From Lama guanicoe (Eukaryota): a stretch of 64,000 nt of DNA. A model generated the notes under the pieces. That model searched no databases and was not told the DNA's origin. It worked only from the letters and a program-made list of their open reading frames with translations. The stretch is taken from positions 870,001-934,000 of the forward strand of contig MU053504.1 of assembly GCA_013239625.1 (NCBI GenBank). The letters run 5' to 3'. Below, piece after piece: positions 1 through 13,233 of this stretch. Every line of letters starts with the position of its first letter. Within the stretch, counting starts at the first letter, position 1. The translations under genes and the position numbers were made by a program.

Positions 1-137
1 GCCAGGAGCTGAGGGAGATCAGGTGCGCGAATCAGGAGGAAGCTTGGAAGCCGGGAGTGAGGGATGAGCCTGTAGGCGGAAGGGACAGAGCTGGAGCGTG
101 TGGGTGACGGTGCCAGGTGGTCTCTAGGCCCCCATTC

Positions 138-928
138 TTTTTTTTTTTAATTAAAGTATAGTTGGTTTACAATATTGTGTCAGTCTCTAGTGTACAGCAT
201 AGTGATTCAGTTGTACATATATATATATATATATGCTCTTTTTCATATTCTGTTTCATTATGGGTTACTACAAGTTATTGAACATAGTTCACTGTGCTGT
301 ACAGTAGGACTTTGTCGTTTATCTGTTTTATATATAGTAGTCAGTATCTGCAAATCCCAAATTCCTAATTTATCCTTCCCCCATCTTCTTTCCCCTTTGG
401 TAACCATAAGGTTGTTTTCTATGTCTGAGTCTGTTTCTGTTTCATAAATAAGTTCATTGGTGTCATTTTTTAAGATTCCACATATAAGTGATACCATATG
501 ATATTTGTCTGTTTCTGTCTGACTTACTTCACTTAGTATGATAATCTCTAGGTCCATCCATGTTGCTGCAAATGGCATTATTTTATTCTTTTTTATGGCT
601 GAGTAGTATTCCATTGTAGAAATATACCACATCTTTTTTATCCAGTCATCTGTCAATGGACATTTAGATTGCTTCCCTTTCTTGACTGTTGTAAATAGTG
701 CTGCTATGAGCACTGGGGTGCATGTATCTTTTCAAATTAGAGTTTTCTCTGAGGCTATGCCTAGGAGTGGGATTGCTGGATCATATGGTAGTTCTATTTT
801 TAGTTTTTTAAGGAACCTCCATACTGTTTTCCATAATGGCTGCACCAAATGACGTTCCCACCAACAGTGAGGGAGGGTTCCTTTTTCTCCACACACTCTC
901 CAGCATTTATTTGTAGACTTTTTAATGA
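138..928 (-). mobile_element. LINE-1 3' fragment (ORF2 C-terminus, 3'UTR and poly-A), 5' truncated
   Basis: Poly-T at 138-149. Minus-strand ORFs give [53 protein letters not shown] and IAALFT...[32 protein letters not shown], the hallmark L1 ORF2 C-terminus. Confidence 0.95.
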
Positions 929-1435
929 TATAGAACCCCCCCTCTTCTTCAAAGCCCACAGTGTCCTCCAGAAGTGGCAGCCTGTGCTGGAGGGAAATCA
1001 TGTATGATGTGCTAGCCGAGCTGTGAATCCTTGCTGTCTCTTCCTTATCTTTTTATTTTGGAACATTTCAAACATTTGCAAAATGAAGAATGGTGTGAGG
1101 AACCCCAGCTTCAGCACTCACCTGCCATTTGGGTTTCACCTGCCCCTCCCTTTTCTGGGTTTGTGGTTGTGGGGAGGATTATAAAGCAGACGCTGGACAT
1201 GAGGCATCATTTCATCCATCGATACTTGGATGTGTGCCATTGTCTAATCCAGTGTCTAATACAATGAGCTGAAAAGCATACAGTCCTTCATCCCCACTTG
1301 ACAGGTAAGGAAACTGAGGCTCTCCAAAGCCAAGCTGGGCTTTACCCAAGGCCACATAGCCAATGAGAGTTAAATAAAGCTGGATCTAAACCTCAGTTTA
1401 CTCTTAACCACTTTTCCATCCTTGTTATGGTCATT

Positions 1436-1870
1436 TTAATCTTTATTCGTTCAACAAGTAATTTTGAGCATCTGCTGTGTGTAGGGCTGGCTCTTGGTGC
1501 TGGGAATACACCCACAGACAAAAATACCTGCTCTCATGGCGCTGACAGTCTAGTGAGGAAGGAACACAGATCCAAGTAAACATTACAGCAGGTGGAGACA
1601 GCGTCTATGCAGAAAACTGAACAGGATAAAGTGGATAGAAGATTGAGTGGGAACAGAGGGCCTCTCTGAGGAGCAGAGGTTTTGATAAAACTGAGGGAGC
1701 AGCCATGGGAATATCGGGGGAAGAGCATGCCACACAGAAGGGATAGCAAGTGCAAAGGCCCTGAGGCTGGAATGGATTAGCTCTGTTCTGGGAACAGCCA
1801 ATGAGGTTGGAGTTAAGGGAGACAGGCAGTGGGAGAGTTAGGAGAGGTCAGGGCCAGACCAAGTAGGATC
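1436..1870 (-). mobile_element. Ancient LINE-2 3' fragment
   Basis: Begins with ttcgttcaacaagtaattttgagcatctgctgtgtg (reverse of the L2 3' end) and contains gcaagtgcaaaggccctgagg, typical of L2. Confidence 0.65.
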
Positions 1871-2109
1871 TGATTCACTGAGCACTTGACTTTGAACATG
1901 TGAGGTCAGGTGATAGGATCTGTACATTATCTCATTGAATTCTCACCACAGTTCTGTGCGATGGGAAGTATTATTATACCCACTGGGCAGATGACGAGAT
2001 GGAGACTCAGAGAGATGAAGTGACTTGCCTCAGGTCACAGAGCTTTTAACTGCAGAGCTAGGATTTGGGCCCAAACCCCTAAATGCTATAACATCCTCAT
2101 TGCTGCATT

Positions 2110-2730
2110 CCTATTTTCACTCTTGCCCCCTCCAGTCTTGTTACCCATAGCAGCTGGAATGAATCAAATCCTCTTTGGTCCTGCTCCAGACTTTCCAGTG
2201 GTTCCCACTGCTCTGAGAATAAAATCAGACTCCTTACCATGATCCATGATGCATGGCCTTTTCTGGACCGTGTCCATCTCTCCAGCCCCAACTAGTACTA
2301 CACTCTCCTTCCTCCATGGGCTTCAGCCATGGCGGTCTTCTTTCTGTACCAGCTTTCAGCCCTCATCTGCACCAGCTACTTTCCCACCTCAGGGCCTTTG
2401 CACTTGCTCTTCTCACCTGCTGGAACACTTCCGCTGGCCTTTGCTTCCTTTAGGTTTCAGCTACAATCTCACCTCCTCACAGTTACCTTTCCCAACTGCC
2501 CCATTCTAAAAGTGACTCCCCTGTTAGTCTCTGTTGAGAAACAAATTCATTTTTTTCTTAGCACTCCTAGCCTTTTCTGTATTTATTTCATTATTTCAGC
2601 CCTGTTTCCCCCACTAGAATGTAAGCTACATGAAAGGAAGAACTGTGTCTGTCTTAAACTCTCCTGGGCCTCCTGGGACCTTGCACACGGCCTGGTAATG
2701 GTAGGCGTGTTAATGCATATTGGTTGAATG
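2110..2730 (+). mobile_element. Ancient LINE-2 3' fragment
   Basis: cctcagggcctttgcacttgct ... ccactagaatgtaagct ... gttgaatga, the L2 3' terminal pattern. Confidence 0.65.
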
Positions 2731-3765
2731 AGGGATCAGGTAGGTACTAAGACCTTCCTACTAAAAAGGAGGCTCAACCATGAGGTCCTAGAGACAGTAA
2801 ATCTGTTCGGAAAGCAGAGCTGTACCCTAACTACTGGAGCGTCCCACCTCTGTGGCGGGGGCCGTGACCACACCACAAGTCCCTGCCCATTGTGATGAAA
2901 CAGGGATTCCTAAGATATCAGGAGGCACAAAATATCAGTGCCAGCTGGGCTGCAGGGAGGGGTCCAGAAACCCCAGAATGGGTACTTGAAATTTCATCTC
3001 TACAGTACAGCTTTCCCCAGTGTAGGCACCACGGTGAACGGGCAGGCAAACCATGACATGTGATGCAGTTTGGGCTACACTCTCCTGGCCGGGCTCGGTT
3101 TGGAGGGCTTGAGTCAGCGCCTGCCTCCTCCAAAGGGCCCTTCATTGCACAAGGCGGTCTGATGCAGTGGGTGAGGACGCAGGTGGAGTCAGACTGCTCT
3201 GCAGCCGCGTGACCTTGGCCAAGTGGCTGTACCTGAGTCTTGCCCTCTGTGAGGTGGGGGTGGTGACAGCCCCGCGTTGCTGGGTCCTTGAGGAGGTTGG
3301 TGAGGTCTGTTGTGCTGCTCGTAATGCCCATGCTCAATGCTCGTTAGCCATCGTTACTATTACTGTTACTGTTGTGTGATCATCATTTCATAGTTGGGGC
3401 TCTAAGGGGCAGATGGAGCCCCCCTCCATCACCTGGAATCCACTACACTGCTGCTCTGGGCCTCAGTTTCCCCTTCTGTGAAGCAGACTCAACTTGGCTG
3501 CTCTCCTGCTGGTCCCTTCCGGCTCTCAGGCTCTAGCCCAGATGCCTGTTTTTCCCTGCTCTGAGCCTCATTCTCCCCATCTGCAAAATGGAACTGCGAC
3601 CACTCTTTCTTCCTGCACAGGGACTGTGGAGGGTTAAGGGAACTAAGAGCTGTGGAAAGTGCTTTTGCAAACTGCAAAAAGCGCTATAAAAGGCATCAGC
3701 GAATAGTGTCAGCTTGGGGAGAAATCTCGTCCGGAGACTATCTGCTGTCAGCAGCAGAGTGTGCT

Positions 3766-3913
3766 GAAACCTTGGCAAATGTCGTTTAATAAGCGTGTAT
3801 CGCTTTTAAGAGGGCCTTCATCTCAGCTGGGAAAATGTGTGCGCGTCCTTGGCAGCCTGAGAATCCAGAGGCCTGAGCCGGAGGGGACCCGGCCGCAGGG
3901 AGAAGAGATCGCA
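3766..3913 (+). repeat. Dispersed ~148-bp direct repeat, copy 1 (copy 2 at 5903-6051)
   Basis: gaaaccttggcaaatgtc...atctcagctgggaaaatgtgtg...ttggcagcctgagaatccagaggcc...ggggacccgg...ggagaagagatc is present at both positions. Confidence 0.9.
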
Positions 3914-5902
3914 CAAGACACCTCTGTGTTTGAGTCCTGCCTCTGCCCCTTCCCTGCCCCTCGGGGTCTCACCTGTAGGAAGAAGATGCTGACAACAGCA
4001 CTTGCCTCATGGGCTCATGACAGTTAAATGAGGGCTTCCTGTTATCTGGCCTCATCCATATGTTGCACCTGTGGGCTCATGGCCAGCAGCACCTGGGCCT
4101 GCCTTAGAGGAACAGTTGGGCCTGGAGGTTGGGAAGGACACCCCTGGATTCTCAGCCTCTCCAGTCCTTACTTCTGGGCCTCAGTTTCTCCCTCTGCAAA
4201 ATGGGGAGGTGGAAAGAAGGTCCTTAGGTTGTCAAGGTACCAAACGCAGTGGATGGTGGGTGTTGGTGCCTGTGCGTGCTCTCGCAGCCTCACCTGTCCC
4301 CCACCCCCAGGCGTGGTGAATACGAGGGTTGCTTACAGCACACACATCTTGATAGTTCTTTCCCTGCTGCTTTGCAAACAGGGCGCACTGTGAACATTTC
4401 TTATCACCTCCAGGTCCCTGAACCCAGCAAATGCCTCTAGCCCTCCCTGCCTCCCAGACTCCTGCCAACAGTGTGCACAGCTTGTTCGCAGGTCCAGCTC
4501 CAGGTGGTCTTGTGCAAACATTGGGCAGAGCTGGTTCTGCCTCGGAGAGAATCCTTTGCTTCTCAGGCTGAAGGCCGTGATCATATGTCATCCCCTTCAT
4601 CCTTAAATGTCCGCTGCCTGGAAACGCTGCCCTTTAACGCTGCCCTGCACCGGGTGCCTCCTCTGTGCCCAGCACGGCACTGAGCTCTCTACACACATGA
4701 GCCTGTTTCATCCTAGAACAACCCTAGTGTTATTATTATTATCTTCCGTGTCCTATGGGTGAGAAACCAGAGGTCCGGTGGGTTAATTTCCTGGGGTCTC
4801 ATGAGTGGCAGAGTTAAATTCCAAACCAGAACATACATTTAACAAATGCCAGGCACTGATATAAATCTGGGAACATACACTGAGGAACAAAATAAGTCTC
4901 TCTCAAAGGGCTTATAAGTAAGTCTAGGGTAGGGAGATGGATGCTAATGAAATTGACAAATATCTACATAATATGTTGGGTGGTGGATAATATGTAGAAA
5001 AATAAAGCAAAGGAAGGGATGTTGGGGGATGGGTAGTGTTTTATACGCAGCGCCAAGGAAAGCCTCTCAGGCCTGAAGCAGGAGAGGGAACCAACATATC
5101 GATGATGAGTGTGAGGTAGAGGCAGTGGCCAGTGCAAAGGCCCTGAGGTGAGCAGAGAAATCTGGCATGGTTGAGAGCAAAGCTGCAGGACCCTGGGGGC
5201 CACCGGAAGGACCCTGGGTCTCACTCTGAGTGCGGTGAAGTCTGCTGGAAGGTTTTGAGCAAAGAAAGGATGTCACCTGGCTTAGGTTTTAGAGGCTCCT
5301 CTGGCTGCAGGGGGAGGGCATGTTGTAGAGAGGTGAGGTGGCGCGGGAGGCCAGTTTGGAAGCTGAGATGAGGATCTAGGTGAGGGATTGTGGTACGGAA
5401 GTGGTGGTAAGAAGAGGGCAGAGTCTGGCCAGATCTTGGAAGTTGAGCCACTAAGCTCTGCTAATAACATGTGGTCGTGGGATGGGGAGTCGAGGAAATG
5501 TGCAGATCTCAGTCCAGCTCTTCTAACTGCTGAACCTCTGGCCTTGGGAGGAGAGAGACGTGGGACCCCTTGTTTACAGGTGAGAAAGTGCAGGCTTAGA
5601 GAAAAGCGACTCTGCCAAGTCACCCCACTTAAGACTGAGATATATGGGTCCTCTGGTCCCAGAGCACAAGCTGTAGACTGTTTTGGCACCTTAGGAGTTT
5701 ACCTGCTACATAGAGGGGACTACCAGGGTCTGCCCTGTCCCAGCAAGGATATGGACAGTGCCCAGCTCTCTGAGTTGCCTGAAGAGAGAGCGCCCTGGCC
5801 CACTGGGCCCGCCCCCACCTTATTTCAAGGCCATGAGCATCCGCATTTGCACTGATTCCAAGGCAGGTGGTAGTTTCCGCTGCAGCACCTGGGGCACTGG
5901 TG

Positions 5903-6051
5903 GAAACCTTGGCAAATGTCATTTATTAAATGTGTGTCACTTTTAAGGGGGGGCTTTATCTCAGCTGGGAAAATGTGTGTGCATCTTTGGCAGCCTGAGA
6001 ATCCAGAGGCCGGAACTGGCGGGGACCCGGTCACGGGGAGAAGAGATCACA
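5903..6051 (+). repeat. Dispersed ~148-bp direct repeat, copy 2
   Basis: Aligns by eye to 3766-3913 at roughly 80-85% identity. Confidence 0.9.
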
Positions 6052-6929
6052 TTTATCGGGTGGTACCCGTAGAATGCTCCCGGTGATGGCCTGCTTTTCA
6101 AATGGCAACTGAAGCCATCCTTTTGGGTGTTAGATTAGCCTAGTCCAGGCTGGCCCTATTTCATCTTGCTCACAGCCATTGAGCGTGCCCCAAAACTCTG
6201 CTCTGGTCCTTGAATTGTGCCGAGCCCTTTTCCCTCCTCTGTACCTTTACTCATGTGATTCCCTCATCTTCAATGCCTTTCCTTCTCCCCAGCCTCGGTC
6301 AGCTTTCAATACCCAGCTCAGGGGCCACCACCTCTAGGAAGGCTTCCCAGATCCCACTCCTCTTCCAAGACCCTATCCCCAAGACTCTTCTTGCTCACTG
6401 ATCACTCTGCACATGTTCTTTGTCTGTGTCCAGGACTCTGGCCCACAAGGGTGGGGACCCATCTTACTTGGCTCTGTGTCCTGTGACATCTAGAACAGGG
6501 CCTGGCAGTAGAATGAGTTTTGAAAGGGCGTGAATGAATCATTCTGACTCCAGAGGAAAATCAGCTCCCAGCTGCAGCAATCAGAGCCCTGCTACTCCTG
6601 TATCAGAGCCCCAAGCTCCCCGCTTGGGATCTGCAGAGTCTACACAGTCCTCCGCCCACGCAGCCCTGCCCTGAATCCAGCCTGGGGACCATCTGCCCCG
6701 CCCGTGGTCCTGAGCTCCAGCAGGGCACTCCCATTCCGGGCTGGCCTCTTCACGGCTGTGCCCTGCGGCTGGCGCCCAGTAAGCAGGTGCTCAGTAAAGG
6801 TGTGAGCCTCTCGTCAAGAGCAGGACCCTGTGCCGGGGCCGCGCAGGGCCCTGTCCACCAGGGGCTGATGACAGACTTGAAGGAAGCATCTCCCCCGCCC
6901 TCCTTCCTCTCCCACCGCCCTGCGTGGGC

Positions 6930-7535
6930 CAGCACGTTCACAACTGGGCACACCTACGAGCATGGGTGTGTGGACACATGGGATGTATGTCGTGGTCCCT
7001 ACTCGTGCTGTGGCCCCTGCACCCCCCGCCCCCCAGCCCTGAGGTCAGCACACACACCGTCGCATTCATTCATGTGTATGCTGTTCCCATCGCACATGTG
7101 CCCTCCCTGCACACACACACACATGCACGCACGTGCTCATCCCGCTCCTACACCCCTGCCCGCACACACATCCGTATGCTCCCACCCGCTCATACCCCTC
7201 CCGGACACCTATCTGTTCACATCTCGGGCACAGACACACCCTTTCACGCCACTGACAGGCTCACATCCACGTTCACATACTCTCCTGTGCACAGTTCAAA
7301 CCCCTTCTGCCCCTGTTCCCCTCTGATACACCCCTGAGCTGCGCTGTTGCACGTTCCTACACACAAAAGCATCTTGTGCACACGCTCATGTGCATACACT
7401 CCCACTCAGTGCCCCATGCACACGCGTGTAAACGCTTGTGCTCAGCACACGTGCACACGTGTACATACTCCCGCATCTGCCCTCTGTCACTCCTGTGTGC
7501 GTACTCCCGTCCACACTCCTGACTACACACTCACA
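6930..7535. repeat. CA-rich low-complexity degenerate (CA)n region
   Basis: Dense cacac/acacg/tgcac motifs. This explains the His/Thr-rich spurious ORFs here. Confidence 0.75.
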
Positions 7536-10500
7536 CAGCTGTCAAATCGTAACTCAGAAGATGCCAAAGGCGGCACTGATGAGGTGCTGCCGTGTTGGGG
7601 GGATAAACCAGCAGCTCCCCGAGGATGGCCAGTAATAATCGTAGTTGGGGAAGGGGGTTGCTGAACACCGGGCACTGCCAGACCTCCAGCCATAGCCTCC
7701 CAGGCCCCAAGCTCCTTGAGTCTGTGGAAACCTGAGGGGTGGCCTCCGGCCTGTCCCCGAGGCCCCTGCTCTGGGGGCCTACCACTTCCTGGGGGCAGGC
7801 CAGCTGCCATGCGAGTGGCAGTGAGCGCCTGTCAGGGAAAGGCTGGCTCCTCCTCCGCGTCCTGATGAGACAGGCTCTGGAGGAATCACAGCCAGAGATC
7901 ACAGTGGCCCTGTTTCCCTCCTGGCATGTTTTGGTTCTAAGTTGATTTGGTTTTGTTTTTTTTTTCTATTAGAAAAGCATCCATGCTTATTTTTTCACTT
8001 CTGATGAAATTGTTTTCATCTTTTCTTCATCTCAAAAACTACGCATGAATGTTGGAAAGAAAAATCAAAGATATCTTCCCAAGTCTGATGGTCAGTTGTC
8101 AGTCCCCGTCTCTCACACCCTCCTTGGCCTTCTCGTGGAAGACCCAGTAGATGGGTGGTGGGAGAGCAGGTCATGGGGATGGGGGCAGGAGATGGGGTCA
8201 GAGATGCCAGCAGGAGTCCCTTGTTTAAAGGATTGGGGCTCATTCCAAGTGTAAGCATTGGAGTTAGTTCTTTCAAGTCTATCTTCTCCACTCGCGTGCA
8301 GGCTCAATGAGGCCAGGACGCAGCCGTTCAGCAGCCCTGAGCTCAGGGCCTGGTGCATAATAGATTCCAGTAATGCATCACTGACCGGCCCTGCGCTGTG
8401 GTCACTGAGTTCCTCTTACAACAGATTCTACCCACTCTGCTGACTTCTTCCATTAGATACTCACTGGTTTTATTTCATTACTTTAATATTTTTCCAAAAG
8501 CAATAAATGTTCATGCAAAGAAAGAGAGAGGGAGAGAGAGACTTCAATATATTATTTACTATGAAGTAGAAAACTTGGCTTCTCCTGTGCCAGTCCACCC
8601 CAGTCCCATTTCCCAGAAGTAACACACCTGAATATCGTGGGGTTTACCATTCTAAGCCTTTTTCCTAGACAATTTGATTGGTCAGGCTGTAAATATTTAC
8701 TGAGCATCTGCTCTGTGCCAAGCACTGCATCAGGAGCTGGGGAAGATAGCAGTGAACAAAACAGACAGAATTCCTACAAGGGAGGTTCATTTACGTAATA
8801 AACACACATATAACATACACATTACATGTATAGATTTTTCTCGTTACAAAATGGGATACTGTAAATTTTCTTTGGTATTCATCCATTTAGAAAATCTGAA
8901 GATATCCAAAATAGAAGGGAAAAAAGAAAACCCCATCAGTTTTAGATTCATGATCCAAAGAGAGTTGCATTTTGTAGTTTTGTATGGTATTTGCAGTGGT
9001 TTATTTATACATAGTTTATTTTATACGTACATAGTTTATACGTAGTTTTAGTCTACTTTACAAAGTCATGATCATACTGAAAGCAGTTTTTCTTCTTTTT
9101 TATGGCACAAGTAACACAAGCAGAAACCATGAAAGCAAAAGCCCTTGGAAGTCTACTCACAATCACTGCTGTTCTTTAGTATCAGATATACATTTTTGTC
9201 AAAATTAGAAGTTTGGGATCACACTGAAAACATAGATCAGTAACTGACTCTGATCTCATGATCTATTTCTGTGTCGATAATTATAATCGTTTCATTACAT
9301 GTACACTTGATCATCACGTGGGTTGACCATCATGGCATCAGTCAGTCTCCTTTTCTTGGAAACTAGGATATTTCCAATTTTTCATTTTTATAAGAACACC
9401 TGAATGAATGAAGCAAAATGTTTGCACATATCTTTCGTAAGTGAGTATGATTTTACTTCGCTTTTATTCACTCGTCCTTTTAACAACATCAAAGTGTTGA
9501 TTGCAGTTATCTTTGATGGTATTCTATGGGATTATTCTGTTTATACTGTTTTGTTTTTTTCTAAATACTTTGCAATGAACAAATTTTATTTGCATAACCA
9601 CCATGTCATTTAAAATTATACCATGCAGAAATTTCCAGATTACTGCAGTTTTCATGGTGATGATTTTTGATGGCTACCTGTAATTCCATGGAGGGGACAG
9701 GCCACAGTTCACTGGAACCATTTTGTGTCAGCGACCACTTGGGTTTTTCTCCAACTTTTATACAGTTCTACTGTGGGAACCCTACACCATATTTGAGGTT
9801 ATGTCCTCGTGAAACAGTCCAGCAAAGGCTGGTGAACATCTTTCATACCTATGGTCCATTCTGCCACATTCTGGACACTGCTTTCCCGAAAGGATGTTCC
9901 CACTCTCACCAGCAGCGTGTGAGGCTGCCTGTCCAGCTTCCCTTCTCTCCTGGATACGGTTCTGGCCCCTGGATAGTCACTCTCTCTGCCAGGAGGGCAG
10001 GAGAGAGCGGGAAATGGGTTTGTCAGTGATGCCAGCGTGATGACCCCAAGCCCAGAACCGCAGGAGTGATTTTTTAACAAGCCCGCTTCCCAGAACAGAA
10101 CCTGCAGAGAGAAAGAAAAGCAAGCGAGCGAGGGAAAAACTCTGCTGGAAAAACACACACTCACCCAGATTAAAATAATATTTGGCACTTACGTCGCACT
10201 TTTAAAATTCTTCAAACGCTTTATAAACACTAGCTAATTAATTAAGCCTCCTAAATCTGGCTGCAGTTGGTGGAGAGAGCTTGAGAGGAGCTAAAAAAAA
10301 AGGGGGGGGGTGGGTAGGGAGCAGCCCTACACCACTCCAGATTTTATTGTCGCCTCCCTGGGTGTGACTGCGGGCCTCCGGCTCAGCCTGGCTCAGCCTG
10401 CCGCGGCACCTCCTCTCCGGCTCCCACGGCTCCCGCGCCAGCTGCTGACTCACAGCCCCGCACCGTGGTATTGATATGGGTAATAATAACTGCCATTTAT

Positions 10501-10750
10501 TACCGCGTCTGTGGGCCCGGCGCCGTCCCAGGCTCCAGGCTCCCGCTGTCTCCCAGATCTGCCTGTAGCGGCGCCTTTAACAGATGAGGAGAGAGGCTCA
10601 GGGAGAGGGTTTGCCTGGGAGCACGTGAAATCCTTCCTTCCTTCCTTCACTAATGTGATCACTCAACGTGCATCTATTGAGGGCCTGGTGTGTGCCAGGC
10701 AGTGTTCTAGGCAGGGGGATGGAAACAGTTCCTTGTGGATCCTACGTCCT

Positions 10751-10886
10751 GGGGAGGGGTGTAGCTCAGTGGTAGAGCATGTGCTTAGCATGTGTGAGGT
10801 CCTGGGTTCACTCCCCAGAACCTCCGTTAAAAAACAAATAAATAAATAAACCTAAATACCTCCCCAACCACACACACACACAAAAA
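10751..10886 (+). mobile_element. tRNA-derived SINE, camelid Vic-1-like
   Basis: ggggaggggtgtagctcagtggtagagc (A box) ... gaggtcctgggttcactcccc (B box), then an (aaat)n tail and cctaaatacctcccc. Degenerate TSD ggatcctacgtcct / tgatactatgccct. Confidence 0.85.
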
Positions 10887-11838
10887 GGGTTGATACTATG
10901 CCCTGGTTGGGGGGAAACTGACAGTCCAGAGGAGATCAAGTATATAATAATGCATCTGGTAAGAATGGGAACAGAAACCATGGAGGCACTTATGTCCAAT
11001 GTGTCATGGTCTGCAGTCATCACAGTCATATCCTGGGGGTGGGTGTTGGGACCCCACTTTGCAGAGGATGGAGTGGAGGCCCAGGGAGGGCAGGTACTGA
11101 GCTGACTTGGGGAGGGGCATGCTCGCGCCCAGGCCTGCTGGCCCCAGCGCCCCTGCTTCCTCCAAGCCGCATTTCCAGTTCAGTCTCCCATGTGGAATGT
11201 GGGCCCACTGGGAATGTTCCTGTCTGGATGCTCTTGGCAGCTGTTGAGCCACGTGGGATGTCTCAGGGTCCTGCCTGCCTCTGTGGACCTCCTCCGTGTG
11301 CCTCTCACACACCTGGCCACCAGCTCCACCAGAAACCCTGCCCTCTGCGGACTCTGGTTTCTTCCCTGCACCATGAGGGTGGGGCCGCCGTCACCTGCTG
11401 AGGGGACTGAGCAATCCCTGGCGTGGGAGTCAGGGCTGGGGCCGTGGGCAGGGGGATGAGAGGCTGGTCCTGAAGCCCTGGGCTTGCCCGCAGTGAGGGC
11501 AGGCGGGAATCTGTGGGCCTCCCCTCCCTTGGGCGCCCTGCCCCTTTTCAGCAAGTGGTTCCAAGCCATGGGCTGGTGGGTAAATTCAGTGTCTCTCCTG
11601 CTCAGCCAGAGGCGAGGGGGCTGCTCAGGGCATCGGCTGCAACCCTGGCTGATGTCTAAGGCAAAGGTGGACTAGATCATGCCAAGACAGGGTCACTTTT
11701 TGACCAGGCAGAGGCCAGATGGCCTGTCTGTACCTCCACCAGGCTGACACAACACCGTGTCACTGTCTTATTCTCTCTTTTTCCCTCTGTCTCAGTCTCT
11801 CACTCCATCTCTGTCTGTCTGCCCCTCCCTCTGCCTAT

Positions 11839-11841
<3 letters not shown>

Positions 11842-11876
<35 letters not shown>
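11842..11876. repeat. (GT)n microsatellite, ~17 units
   Basis: Perfect gt run seen directly. Confidence 0.97.
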
Positions 11877-11878
<2 letters not shown>

Positions 11879-13233
11879 TTTCTCCAAGGTCTTCACAACT
11901 GCTACTTTCTCCCCCTCAACCCTGTTCTGAATCGGGGCCCCAGCCGCACCTCCCCCTGAGCATCGGTAGCACCTCTCACAGCATCTTCACCTGACCTGTC
12001 CACCTTCTTACTGTGTCCCCCTTCCCCCAATCTCCTGGGAGTCCCTGTTCATGTGTCCCAGTCCTCTCTAATTTGGGGCTCAGGCCCCTCCCCAGCATAG
12101 ACTTCTAGGACCCCTTCCAGCTGTCCAGCCCTGGAGCACTTGAGGCCTGACCTGTGTCCAACCCCTGTGTGTCCCAGCATCCAGCCCGGGCAGGCCCTCA
12201 GGAGCATCTGAAAGGGTTGAAGTTTGAGCAGCAGACTCATCCTCATTTATTCAGTGTGTGATGAAGCAGCTTCCCTGTCCCCGCTTGGTGCTAAATGATG
12301 TCCACGTGGGATCTCACTTTCTTTTTAGAACACGCGAAGGTCTCGGGCAGTCTGCCCATCTTGTAGATGAGGAAACTGAGGCTCTAAAGCAGTGAGAAAC
12401 TCGGATCAGATGAGACTAAAAGGTGAGTCAGGTCTCAAACCAGGCTGGATGGTTCCAAAGACTAGATACTTTTTTTTGACACTGTCCCAGCCTAGACGTG
12501 TGGTCTGTTCCTACCAGGGATCCATCAAGACAGGGCCATAGTAACTGACAGATGAGGAGACCAAGGCTCAGGGGGCAGTAAAGGGACCTGCCCAAACTAA
12601 GGGCAGCACTCAGGTGACGCGGTGCCGGGCAGGATGCAGCCCGGCACTCGGAGGAGTCCCCACAGGATCTTCTCGGTCTCCCGAGTGAAGCCAAGGTCAC
12701 ACAGCAGTCAGCTCTGAGCCAGAACTCGCACCCAAGTCCTCCTACTTCACTAGTCCACAGCCTGAACCAAACCCGGCTGCTGACTATGGCTTCCTACTCA
12801 GGGCCTGCTTCCTGGGCCAGACCCGGAACAGAATCCGGACTCTTAGTAGAGCCCCCCACGCACTGTGCTGCCACCTCTGGGTCTTTGCCCAGGCTGTTCC
12901 CTCTGTCAGGAACACTGTGCCCTTTCCTCCTGGAGAATTCAGATTTGGATTCAGAGCCCAGCTGAGACATGAGTCTTCTAGAGGAAGTTCAGGAGCGTAG
13001 ACCTGCTCACTGCCGTGTCATTTACCATCTCTGTGCCTCAGTTTCCTCATTTGTGTTGGGGTCTCATATTACAGGCTCTTTGTGAGAGTCACTTGCCATG
13101 GTAGCTGCACTGGGCTGGTTCAAGGCCGGCTCACGGTGCTCTCGGTCATTGAAAGCTGCTGTTGGTAAACACATGAGAAAACCTACCTGATCACATGAGG
13201 ATGAATGAATAACTGCTCTGTGTTTCCCTCCAG

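Noticed and set aside
6787..7664. His/Thr/Pro-rich ORFs (also 40466-40780, 42029-42355, 62748-63232)
   Set aside because: Translations of CA-rich or GGAT-rich simple repeats.
10751..10825. tRNA-like sequence with A and B boxes (also at 18345-18421, 19555-19625, 63348-63420)
   Set aside because: A-rich tails, TSDs and degenerate cloverleaves show these are tRNA-derived SINEs, not tRNA genes.
1..13233. Search for the SIRPA promoter and signal-peptide exon (MEPA...LL motif, CpG island)
   Set aside because: No matching ATG, leader or phase-1 donor combination was found. It presumably lies upstream of the window.
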